Assembly: GCA_000708835.1 (NCBI GenBank)
Contig: DF237260.1
Span: 42,260-106,259, forward strand
Origin: Klebsormidium nitens
Lineage: Eukaryota > Plantae > Klebsormidiophyceae
DNA: 64,000 nt
Reading direction: 5' to 3'
Part shown: one piece after another, positions 1-10,448 of the stretch
How positions within the stretch are numbered: position 1 is the stretch's first letter
Layout of the letters: every line of letters begins with the position of its first letter
The notes under the pieces: model-generated
What the model was told of the DNA's origin: nothing
What the model saw: only the letters and a program-made list of their open reading frames with translations
Database searches by the model: none
Position numbers and translations under genes: made by a program

Positions 1-76
1 AACCTTTCCTTCCCCGCATCGCTAACCAGACTGCAGAATTGCCCGTTGCATGCGCTGCACTCTGCTCACGTTTCAG

Positions 77-415
77 ATCTTGAATCTCGTGCAGATCGCG
101 CTCCTTTGCATACACACGCAAGTCAACTTGCGGCCGACCATGAGCGAGTGCATCCGCATGCTCACTGGTACGGACCCCGTTTCCGCGCTGCGCCTGGGGA
201 CGATTTTCACGCCATCCTCGTTGGCGACACCTGGCCCCAGCAGTGACTGGATCAGCACGGACGGGAGCGCCGGTTTGTCGGGGGCGTCCCGGGGCGTGCT
301 GAGCAATCAAAGCGGTCACAGTGAGCTGAGCAACCAGAGCATCTCGGGGGCTGAGTTGGAAAGGCGAAACGCCTCCCTCGAAATGGATGATTTGGAGCCC
401 GGTTTTGGGACATAG
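77..415 (+). CDS. Terminal exon of a receptor-like (RLK/Pelle) protein kinase; gene is 5'-truncated by the window
   Basis: Acceptor tttcag| at 74-76, then ILNLVQIALLCIHTQVNLRPTMSECIRML, matching the kinase subdomain XI pattern (IALLC...RPTMSEVVRML) of RLK/Pelle kinases, followed by a Ser/Gly-rich tail to TAG at 413-415. Confidence 0.65.
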   Translation: MLNLVQIALLCIHTQVNLRPTMSECIRMLTGTDPVSALRLGTIFTPSSLATPGPSSDWISTDGSAGLSGASRGVLSNQSGHSELSNQSISGAELERRNASLEMDDLEPGFGT

Positions 416-1362
416 GAAAAGGGTGTGTCGTCTTGATTATGATCACTTTGTTGACTTGGTGCAACGGTCAAGAAGCAGATCTGATGCATGTGTGAAAGTA
501 GGTCGCAGCGCGGCCGCAGTCGCTAGCGCATGAAGTCTTGAGTTTGGTCTGTCAATTACCAAATGTTTTGGCTAGTGTGTATTTATACTTGGATATTTCA
601 AACTGATATTACTGAATCTTAGCTATAGGTGCCGCTAGCAGAGTTAGGTACGGTGCACAGTGACCACTACAATTACGGATACGAAAGATTGCGCTATCCT
701 AATCAAGTGCATTACAAGCGCGCACAAGAATAGGCCTTGTGCGGAGGCTTGCCATACGCATTATCAAAGCCTGCATGTCGCGGACGTAAGTATACGTCCA
801 AAATCAGGCAGCACCAATAATTTCCGGGTTTCGAATCGTTGCGTAGAATGAGATCTGAATGTTGGACATGCTGCATGCACTGACCGTACTTCCACAACGG
901 TGCTGCCTTGTACTGAGCCCATGCAGCAATGATAGTATCTTAATCAATTACTGAATCAAATTTGAAAATGTATGCAAGTCGGCCCACACTAGTCCTGAAT
1001 GTTTGTATACAACGGGCTTTCGAGAACAGCAGTCGTGGGTAGCTAGCTAGTGACTACTTCCGACCAACACCCCGACCACTTCAAGATGTAACAAGTGCAA
1101 TAATCCATGATGAACCTCGTAAGAAACTAAGTTGACCGTATCCGGGGCTGTGCCATCCGATTGCAGTGCACCTTTGCCGGTCACTGATGCAGAACAACAG
1201 CGTGAAAGTATGAGCGCGATTTCGTCTTGACATTTGTCTTATTAGGCGGTCGCTCTATACAGTCACCAAGGTGGCACTTTCGTCTGTGATTCAAAGCAAG
1301 CCGCCATTTGTAAGCATTTCGACCATCGAACAACGTCCTGCGGTACAATTCTTGCCCGCCAC

Positions 1363-4300
1363 TCAATAATCATTCCTTCTTCTTTTTCCCCCCATAAGGT
1401 CAGCCTCCTCTCCCCACCTCCCAGACCCCTTCTCTTCGACGTCGTCTGCCCACCTTCTCGAACCCCCTGCTTCATAACTGCCTTCCCACCCCGCACCCCC
1501 CCGTTCTCTCTCTCTCACTCGCGCGCCCCCGAAACTTCCAGATCCTCGTTCATCCCCCCTGCCATCTCTCTCCCTCCGCGCATCCCGTCCGTCCGTTTCT
1601 TGCTGTTCGCGTCTACCACTCCTCCACTCTGATTTATCAGTTCTGTCTCTCCCTGTCCGTTTTCGCTCCTCACTCTTGCCGTACTTTCGTCCTTCACGCT
1701 CCGTATATGGAATGCGCGTCTCCCCTTCCCCTCGCCTTTCGCGATGCCTCTCGTCCCGCACCCTACCCTCGTCATCCTCCAATCTTCCCCTTGGTTCCGT
1801 TTCCCGATAATCATCGCCCCATCTTTCTCCCACTAGTCGCTCACTTTCGTGCCAATTCACGCCTGTCCCTCTTTCTCGTTTCCTTCTTGCCTCGCCCTCC
1901 TTTTCTCCCCTGTCTCGTTCCCACCTCTCCCTCGCTGCTTCCGGCTTCTCTCGTTCCCGCCTTTCAGTTTCTTCGTCCCAACTCACCGGACCCCTTCTTT
2001 TCTGGTCGTTTTCCACATCGCTTCTCTGCTTGGCCCCCCCGGCAGGACCGAACGCCTCCTCTAGTTGCATCATTCGCAGCTCGATCAGATCTCGGGCGCT
2101 CTGCATAATGAGTAGGCAATTGATTCAGCGCTCCGATGTGTCTCAGCCTGCGAAAATCCTCAATTGGCCCAGAACCTTCGCAAGGGCAAGGGACGTAAGT
2201 TGGGTGCCGGGTTGGCTTGTAATCGGTCGGGCGGCCACGGTTCTCGTATGCTTCGTCTTGAAAGACAAAAGCGGCTGCCTTCGACTCGTGATTTGCTACG
2301 GGGTAGCAAGAGAAAATCAGGAGAAAAGATCAAGCCGGAACATGAGCGAGTTAAATCAGTATGTCGCATGGAGTGAAGGAACATCATACAAAGCCGAAGG
2401 AGGGATAGAGATGGAAAAACTTGCAGAGACGCACAGTAAAGAGACGCTTCGCAAGAAGCTTTCTGAAACCATACGCTGCGAAGTGTTCCGTTCAGAAGCA
2501 TTCCCGGGAAAGAGTATCCGCTCCGATCTCCCAAAGGCTGAAGTTTTCCCCAGCAAAGAGCAGATTGGGCGGAGGTTCGCCTAGGACCTTCCCACCACTT
2601 TTACCATGGATTGAAGAGGTTTAACTTGCGTCAAATCTGTTAAACCAGACTTATACAAAAGAAAAGGTAGATAAACCCCGGGATCGGGAGTCATTGACTT
2701 TTAATAACATATATCACCCCGCGTTTCCCCCTCACCTGCAGGGGCGTCCTTTGCTTCTTGGCGCGGTATGACGTGGTGCGCCGCTTCAAATCGCGCAGCT
2801 CCGCCAGCAGCTCTACACGGCTACGCCGCCCGTCGTTAGCCTGCCGCAAAATTTGATCCGAAGCTTCAGAAGTGAGAGTTGTTTGCTTGCAAAAGATGTA
2901 TAATTTCAAGCCGTGCACCCTTGGAAGCCGGATCGGAGGCGGTAGAGCTGAAGGACCCGCCTCCGTACAATTTATCAAGGTACGCACGAGGTACAAGTCA
3001 TATCAATCGACTTCTCGTCGGATAGACGAAAATGTGTTCGCTTCAAGCTTCGGACACATTTTTTCTCTGATCTTTGAAGGATGAAAGAGAAGGGCTGAAA
3101 AAGTTTCAGTCAAAAGATTTGAACCATACGCGCTCGAGGAGGGCCGAAGGACTGGATAATAGTGTGCAGATGGCGAGAGATGAGTTGATGGAAAAGAGGG
3201 AGTACGACCTGTGTAGAAAGAGAGCCGACTCAGCGGAAAAGCGTAAGGACGCTTCGCGAAATACCTGAGGCTGGGAGGGGTCATGCGGTCGGAACAGCCA
3301 GTCGTGATCGGGAAGCGGCCGGTAGTCGGGCCGCCGTGCACGGACCGCGGCGGCCGTCTGCACACTGGAGTCGTACTGTGCCAGCCTGCAGGAGCATAGA
3401 GTGTCTTAAAGACAAAACGTCCAGTCGGAAGGATGATTACTGTCGGAAGAGATTTAACAGTCGGGAACGCCGTCTGTTTGTTGTGGACCATACCTTAAGT
3501 CATGGAGAAGTAAGTCGGGAAACGACAGAGTAGGAAAGGGGCAAGACTGGTCGACATTGCACGTTCGTGAAAACAATATCGACTTCGATATGAGGAATCC
3601 TGCTCAGGGGACGACGCAGCACGGCGGAACTGAGTGCAAACCTTGACACAATCTCCTGTCAGGCCAACAGCTTTTAAAAGGAAGGGCAATCAGATTCTTA
3701 AGGGACCCACAAATGGCGGATGCTGTTGCTAATTCGCTCGAGCGTCAAGGATTGCACTTCAAGAAAAAGCTCCCCAGCCTAGTTTACCTTTCCGCTCGAC
3801 CGGGCTCTGGCCGCCCCGCCTGCTCCCGCTGCTGACGCAAACGCACGCCGTCCCTTAGCGTTTCCCGAGCGGCTGCCATTTGTGCGGTGCTCACGAAAGG
3901 GGGGTTCGCTTGCAGGGGAGGTAGGGTGCGTAGTAGACCCCCTAAAACGGTCTGCCAGAGACGCAGCAGGAAGGAGGTGGCGCCAGCTGGTGGCCGCAGG
4001 AGGGCGACAGCTGTCAGCACACGGGCCAGGCGGTCTGCCTGCAAAGGAACTGGAACTTCGTCAGAGCAATGGGGTGATAGGACACTTATTGGCAGGAAGT
4101 GACTGATTTGAAGACGAAGGAACATGGTTTTCATATCAAGTCTGACTCTAGCCATGATCCTGCTCTTCGATTTCCGAAACCCAAGTCCTAAAAGAGAGAT
4201 TCGGAGAGGATTGAATAAGGTGTGGCGATGTTGGAAATCGATTGAAGAAAGAGGACCTTCTCGATGATAGTCACAAAGGATGAAACAAGCTGTACAACAA

Positions 4301-5520
4301 CTTTTCGTTACAAGGCGCCAGATGTTGCAACGCAGACTACCGGCCAAAAACATCATCTTTCCTCGCCTTTTCACCAAGAGCTGGCGGCGTCAACGCCAGC
4401 CGCCGCTTACCTCAGCTTCTGCACCTTCGTTACCCTCCCTCGCCTGCGACTGCCAAATCAGCAGACTGCCGAGCGCCTCCGCCTCTTCTGCCGTCACCCC
4501 CACCCCCCCCTCCGCTGCCCCTGTCTGTACTAGGGCCGCCAAAACCGACGGGGGCGAAGCTGCAATCAGGCGTCCGGCTTCTGGGGGCATGGGGGACGGC
4601 AGCTCACACCAAGCAAGGACTTCCTGCTCTGCTGCGAACCGGTGTGATACGCTGGCGCCTCCGGACTGCTCCCAGTGATGAACAGCGTTTTGCAGCGCTG
4701 TCGTTTGGCTGCGTGGAGACAAGGAGGACCTCAGTTGAGCCTAGTTCCAAGAGAGCCCTTGGTGCGTTGGATTGTTGTTCAAGCTGAACTCAAATCCAAA
4801 ATCTTTTGCCTCTCTCTTTCCCTCTCTTGATGGAAACTTGTCACGGTGAATCTGTATAAGTTTCACAGAACGTGGGCGCACCACTTCCCCTTGTCCATGG
4901 CCCAGTCGCACTCATGATCAACACCAGACAGGATTTTGAAATGGAACGTCCACAGTAGTGTGCTCTTAGAACTCACTTGTGATAGCACCGCAAAGACCAA
5001 ACCAACTATGACACTGATAAACGCACCCTGGACTCTTCTCTTGAACACCCAAGCCCTGTTGCTCTTGCTGAGCAGGCTGTGGGGGCCCTTGCTTTGATCC
5101 ATACTGCTGTTGCTCTTGGTTGGAAGACTGCGGGGGAAGAGGTGGCCGCGGCGGCTGATCCACCGGGAGCCGCTGCAGCTGCACCACCCCAGGGGCATCA
5201 GCGTAGAAGAAACTAGACGCGGGAGAAGAAAGTTCCTCAAGGTTAAAGCCCCCTTTTGCGGCCTGGCAGGAGGCGGTGTGGGCCGCCAGGGCAGTGGCGG
5301 GGACCCTGTGCTGGGAGTTAATCGGGCAGGGAAAGAGGGGGGGTGGAGCAGGATTGCTGGTGCTTAGTGCGGACGAGGCGAAGAGGAGGGTGGCATTTGC
5401 AGATGAGAGGAAAGAAGTGAGTTCTTCAACCAGGCTGGCAGCGCTCAGCAGGACTTTGGTCTGATCCATGAGGATAGAGTTAGGGGGATTTTCCAGGTTT
5501 GGGTGCTCAAGGGGTTGCAT
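1363..5520 (-). CDS. SNRNP48: U11/U12 snRNP 48 kDa protein (minor spliceosome), 6 exons, about 668 aa
   Basis: Exons 5520-5027, 4708-4411, 4038-3788, 3385-3265, 2840-2736, 2100-1363; all GT-AG, phases consistent, 2007 nt. Motifs: CHHC zinc finger CPINSQHRVPATALAAHTASC, RRPDYRPLPDHD, and ELRDLKRRTTSYRAKKQRTPLQ|SARDLIE (cf. family motif RDYKRRRxSYRxK). Long R/E/D-rich C-terminus. Confidence 0.85.
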
Positions 5521-5872
5521 TCTGCACCATCAAGGTGCACGTCAAGGGGAGTGCTGAAGATGGCGCCAGTGAAGCTCACCCCAAGAAAGTGGTGTTCAAC
5601 AGTTCCAAGTGTTTGTGCAAACTTCAGTCTTCACCATCTGGCATCGGGCTATACACGTCGTGACCCATACTCATTTTCGCTGATGGTTCGAATTTTGGCA
5701 AGCATCCTCACAAGTGTTTTTTTACCTCCTTGTTTCACTGGGGTTTGAAAGCGACGGATCGAAAAAAAACGGAAGTGTAGATATCTTCGGAGCTGACTCT
5801 GTATGACGAGCGCAGAATATCGACTAAGCGTACCGAACCGCGTCGAACGTTGAAACTGCTCTCGTGCTGTTG

Positions 5873-6176
5873 CGACAGGGCAAGAACATAGGAATCTGCC
5901 ACATGTAAGGAATGACGGTCGTCGATATCGGTTCCAGGATTTACGGCCGTATACTGCCGAAGACTTTTATTATATAGATTTGGAAGGTTCCGTAAATGTA
6001 CGCGCTCTTTTTAGCCCAGTGGGCAAAGAGTTTGGTCGGACGGCTCTCTCGGAGCCTCGAGGTTTCGACTCGGAGGTCCAGGGTTCGAGTCCTGGCAGGA
6101 ACGTCAGTCTTTCGGGACTCAATTCCTAAAAGGGCTGACGTGGACACGTGTCGAATTCCTATGTTCTTGCCTGTCG
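5873..6176. repeat. Near-perfect 22-bp inverted repeat pair enclosing about 260 bp (MITE-like)
   Basis: 5873-5895 cgacagggcaagaacataggaat versus reverse complement of 6155-6176 cgacaggcaagaacataggaat (one-base indel). No clear TSD. Confidence 0.7.
6004..6103 (+). pseudogene. Degenerate tRNA-like or SINE-head sequence
   Basis: A-box TAGCCCAGTGG (6012-6022), variable-loop-like AGGTC, B-box/T-arm GGTTCGAGTCC (6082-6092). Acceptor and D stems are mismatched and the anticodon region is expanded with an internal hairpin (GGCTC/GAGCC), so no isotype can be assigned. Confidence 0.55.
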
Positions 6177-6589
6177 TGAACCATCGCGAGACAGCTTCGA
6201 TGCAATTTGTCGAAAGCGTTACATGCGTTACTTATATTCATGTCAGTCTATATGATTATTCGATTTCGATTTCGATACACCATGTGTGACATATATATAA
6301 ACTCACCTGCTTACATGCCTGCTTTTACGAAGCCAGAAGTCACGGCTTCTTATGAAATAATCTCGCTTATGACATGCTTGGCAGGAAGGATATGTCTTCA
6401 ATATCAAACCTTTTTTGCACAGCTGGAAACCACTTCGCCAGCCACGATGCTGATTTCAAAAGCTGAAGCGGCTCTCTTGCGCCCCCATCTCCACCCAATT
6501 CTCGCAAGATCTTCTCTATCTTGGCAGCAAGATCTTCTCCGCTTGGGCTAATAGTAACTCTTTCAAACTCAGCATTGCAATTGCGTCCC

Positions 6590-9347
6590 ATGGCGGAATT
6601 ATCTGTCAATGCAGACGCCTATCGGGCGCTGCATGCCGACAAGAAAGAAGACTCTTTGAAGCTGTACGGCTCGTGGTTCTGTCCCTTTGTGCAGAGATCG
6701 TGGATCACGCTAGAGGAGAAGAAGGTGGACTACGAGTACATTGAGATTGATCCGTACGCAAAGGTGAGTGGCCGTTGGTTGTTCTTCACATTGTGTGGTA
6801 TTAAGAAAATACCATTGAATGCAGGACTTTTCACTCACTCGTGCATCTAGTGACGATTAAGGTGGTGGTGGTGTCTTCTTCTAAAGGGAATCTGTCCTGG
6901 CTTACTCGTCATTTCCTTTGCTGGACACCCCACTGAGGCACCCATGCTTTAGGTCGCACCATGCATGAATCTGCGCAAGAGAAGTCAGTTCTAATCTGAC
7001 CTTGTTTCTAAAGCACCAGATATATTCTTTTGAAGAAAGCGTTGCTCCCATCACTGGTCTAGGATCAAGAGCACCACGGTTTGGGGGATATTTAGAGTAC
7101 GTCTTGAAGTGGCAAGAAGATCTGGTATGTTGCTGATAAGAATGACACAGAAGTGCGCAATGTGTGAATGGGGCTTGAAAAGTTGTTTGAGGCTGCACCA
7201 CCATTTTCCAAACCCAGCGCTTGTCTACCCCCGAATGTCCTCTCAGAATTGCTCCAACTACCTTTTTCCCCCAAAGCTTAAAAGGTGACTGGGCTCTCTA
7301 AGTGCTAGAGTGACAGTATGATCTTATGGGACTTATTTGATGTGGTGTTCCCATCTTCCCCAAAAGGCAGAGGATCTTTTTAGCAGTCCGCGTTTCGTAT
7401 TGCAAATGAGAAGGGGGCAGATTAAGGAGAAGAAGAGCACCAGGTTTTGCAAAATCTCCAAACAGAGTTTCAGAAAGTGATTGGAAGCCCAGCGCGGAAG
7501 GGACTTTTATTAATTCACGGACTCTGTGTCAACTTTGGCTTTGGTGCTCTAGTCTTCTCCCACCGACTATGTTCCTACTTACCTAGAGAATTTTGTAAAG
7601 CCGTTTCTCCCGCACCTGTTCATCGCTCTCTTTCCTAAATCTAATCTTGCTTTCCTACATCTAATCTCAAGACTTATGCTGCAGCCTCCAGAGTTGATGA
7701 AACTAAACCCAAGGGGGTTAGTGCCGACCCTGGACCACAACGGCCGGGCGCTCTACGAGTCGCTGATCGTTTCTGAGTACGTGGATGAGACGTGGCCGCA
7801 CGAGCCGAAGCTTCTGCCAGACGACACGTTCAAGAAGGCCGTCGGACGCATCTGGATCGACCACATCAACAAGAAGATCGTGCCGACCTTTTATAGGATT
7901 CTCCAAGTAAGTACAGTTTCTGCGTTAGCAAGAAGGATTGTTTGTTTCTTCCTGAGGCTATTCAGGACCTTAGACAGCCCAAATGATCATGGTCGTGAAA
8001 AAGAATGCTATAGGACGAAAATAGTTGTTCATCTTGGGATCAAGCAGATTGGAGGTCTCGTCAGCTTTGCGGACTGCATCCCTTTTGACTATATCTGCTT
8101 CAAGTCAGAAGAATAAATTATCACTGATTCCTTCCTTTGAATCATCAATTCCTGAGCCCTCTCCTCATTCGAGGCGATCTATGTGCTCAGCCAAGTACTT
8201 TCCTTCTCTCGAGCAACTCGAAGGAAGCCTTTCGCATGTATCAGCCGTCTCCCAGTGATTGCAACTATCGCGGATCAGAGCACAAAGATATGACACCACC
8301 ACTGTTTCGAACATCCTAACCGCAAGCTTGTGGAAAATTGGCTGAAAGAGATGTCCATTGCCATGCCCTACTGTTTGCAGCTAAGGGACGCCGAGCATGA
8401 GGAGGCGAAAGAGGACTACCTAACAGCGCTGCGAGAGCTGTCGCAAGCATACGAAGCCTCGTCCCCAGAGGGCCCCTTCTTCTTTGGGTAAGCCATACAA
8501 CGAGAATGGGACGAAGGGATGGACCTCTGTCGAAACTATCTCGGGGAAAGGTCGAGTCAACTTGCGGATGACAGCCTCATGAGCAGAGTAGGGGCGAAGT
8601 TGGGGACTGAATGGAAATGCTCAATGTGGAGTATGAGCTGTCGTATTGTCATTTTGGAGATGCGATACGTGGAAGGCCGGAGGGATAGGTTTCCGAAAGT
8701 GCTCCTTGTCATATTACGTCATCGGTGGGTTCTCGAAAGTGTTATATTGCTCCGGGTATGCGGGAATTCTGATTCCGGATTTGTGACTCAGGAGAATCCA
8801 GAAACTGAGGGCGATCTCAGATTCTGCAAGGCCGAGCCGTGCGGAAGACTGTTTCATTCAATACGAAACTGAGAAGATTAGCTCGCTTCTTCTTTCAGGA
8901 CCAGTTCGACCAGAACGTTCGGTTTGAAGCAAGTTCACACAAATTGTGAAGGTACCCCTGATGCAACACGGTTGAGTGACAAGACGACGTAGAACCAATG
9001 AAAGACAAATACAGTGGAGGAGAACCTTTTAGCATCCGAACCGCAAAAATAAAATTAAAAAACGTCGTCTCTTCAGGCCCTGTATAAGCCTGGTCGACAT
9101 CGCGCTCGCCCCCTGGGTGCCCCTGCGCGACTTCGTCCTCGAGCATTACAAGACCTTCTCCATCCCATGGGACGATCCCCAGCTGAAACGGCTGGCGGCG
9201 TACAAATCGGCGGTCGACAACAGTCCGAGCGTCCGGAAAACGCTCGCGGACCCGGAAAAGCTGCTCGGGACGTACGAACGGTACGCGAAGAACACGGCGA
9301 CGTCCGAGGTCGCAAAGGCGGTCAACGCGAAGAAGGGGCTGCCCTAG
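6590..9347 (+). CDS. Glutathione S-transferase, Cys-containing (omega/lambda-like), 4 exons, 257 aa
   Basis: Exons 6590-6763, 7685-7906, 8381-8487, 9077-9347 (774 nt, in phase). Motifs LKLYGSWFCPFVQR, LNPRGLVPTL, LYESLIVSEYVDE, GPFFFG..ISLVDIALAPW. Confidence 0.92.
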
Positions 9348-10448
9348 GCGCGGCGCAGTCGCCTCGTATATCTGGAGTGGCGTGTTTGAGTTTCTACACA
9401 TTATAATGAAGCACAGTACATAGCTTACTAGGTGGTTCTGGTAATGTAGCACGTAGTGTAGGCTACAAGGCTAGGATCAGGAGCGACTGACCATGTCGCT
9501 TGTACATTGCACGTGAAGGTGAAGATTGGGCACGGGTACGCGTGCCACGACGAGAATCAAATCAGCGTTTTGAGGATTTTGGCTTTGCAGTAACGAACTG
9601 TACATAGGCGCTTGTTTGCTGCAGGGCATACACTGAACTGTAGGATTCGATTAGAGAACGGTTCAAGCTCGCGGTCTCGACAATCATAGTCGTGATCTTC
9701 TGATAGTAACCTTGGGAAAGCGCAAAGGGTCTACGGTGCGTATCTTACAGAGTGTTCGTCTGCATGTCCTGTGATCTGCGCCAACTAGTCTGGCTTGCGC
9801 CATCGGGGCCCCCGCTTCATACCATATCACGGTCTACCTCATTGGAAAAGGCAGAACGTGATGAAACCTCTAGTAGCCGGCATCGTTTTGTATTCTAAAT
9901 AATGCCGAGCCTATTGTGATACACAATTTGCAGTTGTACCGGCCGCTTTTTTTTGAATGCCTGTTGTGACGGGCAGATCTGGTTAAGAAACCGTCAAGAA
10001 ACCACTTGAGATCAAGAGCGTCGCTTGGATCAGCGGCTGAAATGTAGATATGTACGTGCATAAATTTGCGTGGACTATAGAAACGTATCTCCTCACCCTG
10101 GATTGCCGCTTTCATTAGACAAATTAGACCATACATGCAAACTTCAACCGGCTTGACTTCAGTTATGAAAGGACGTGGCGGACGCTTACGTTGATATCTC
10201 AGAGACTTCGTCTGCATGCCACTCTCTGCCCTTCTCTAGTTTTTAACCAGTCCTTGTTGCCAAATGATTCATTAGCCCCAATCCACCCCCCTAACTGAAA
10301 ATTATCCGGCATAGCTCCCAATGCAATTTTCTAACCAGAGATTTCACACTTGCTTCTTATTCCCATACCCCGTCACGACGACTCCTGGTGGACCAAGAGT
10401 ACAATCTCGCTAATATACCCCCTCAATGTACACATGGTAATAAACCCC

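Noticed and set aside
1370-2030. CT-rich stretch and plus-strand ORFs (1707-2108 and others) suggesting a repeat or LTR
   Set aside because: It is the antisense of the R/E/D-rich last exon of SNRNP48.
4863-5026. HECDWAMDKGKWCAHV in ORF 4863-5240 looked like a SWIM zinc finger of a MULE transposase
   Set aside because: It lacks the CxC pair and lies in intron 1 of the phase-consistent SNRNP48 model; no transposase motifs nearby.
8890-8915. ttctttcag|GACCAGT resembling the GST exon 4 acceptor or an alternative exon (DQF)
   Set aside because: Match is only about 10/13 nt and out of phase with exon 3; the 9077 acceptor restores the GST motif.
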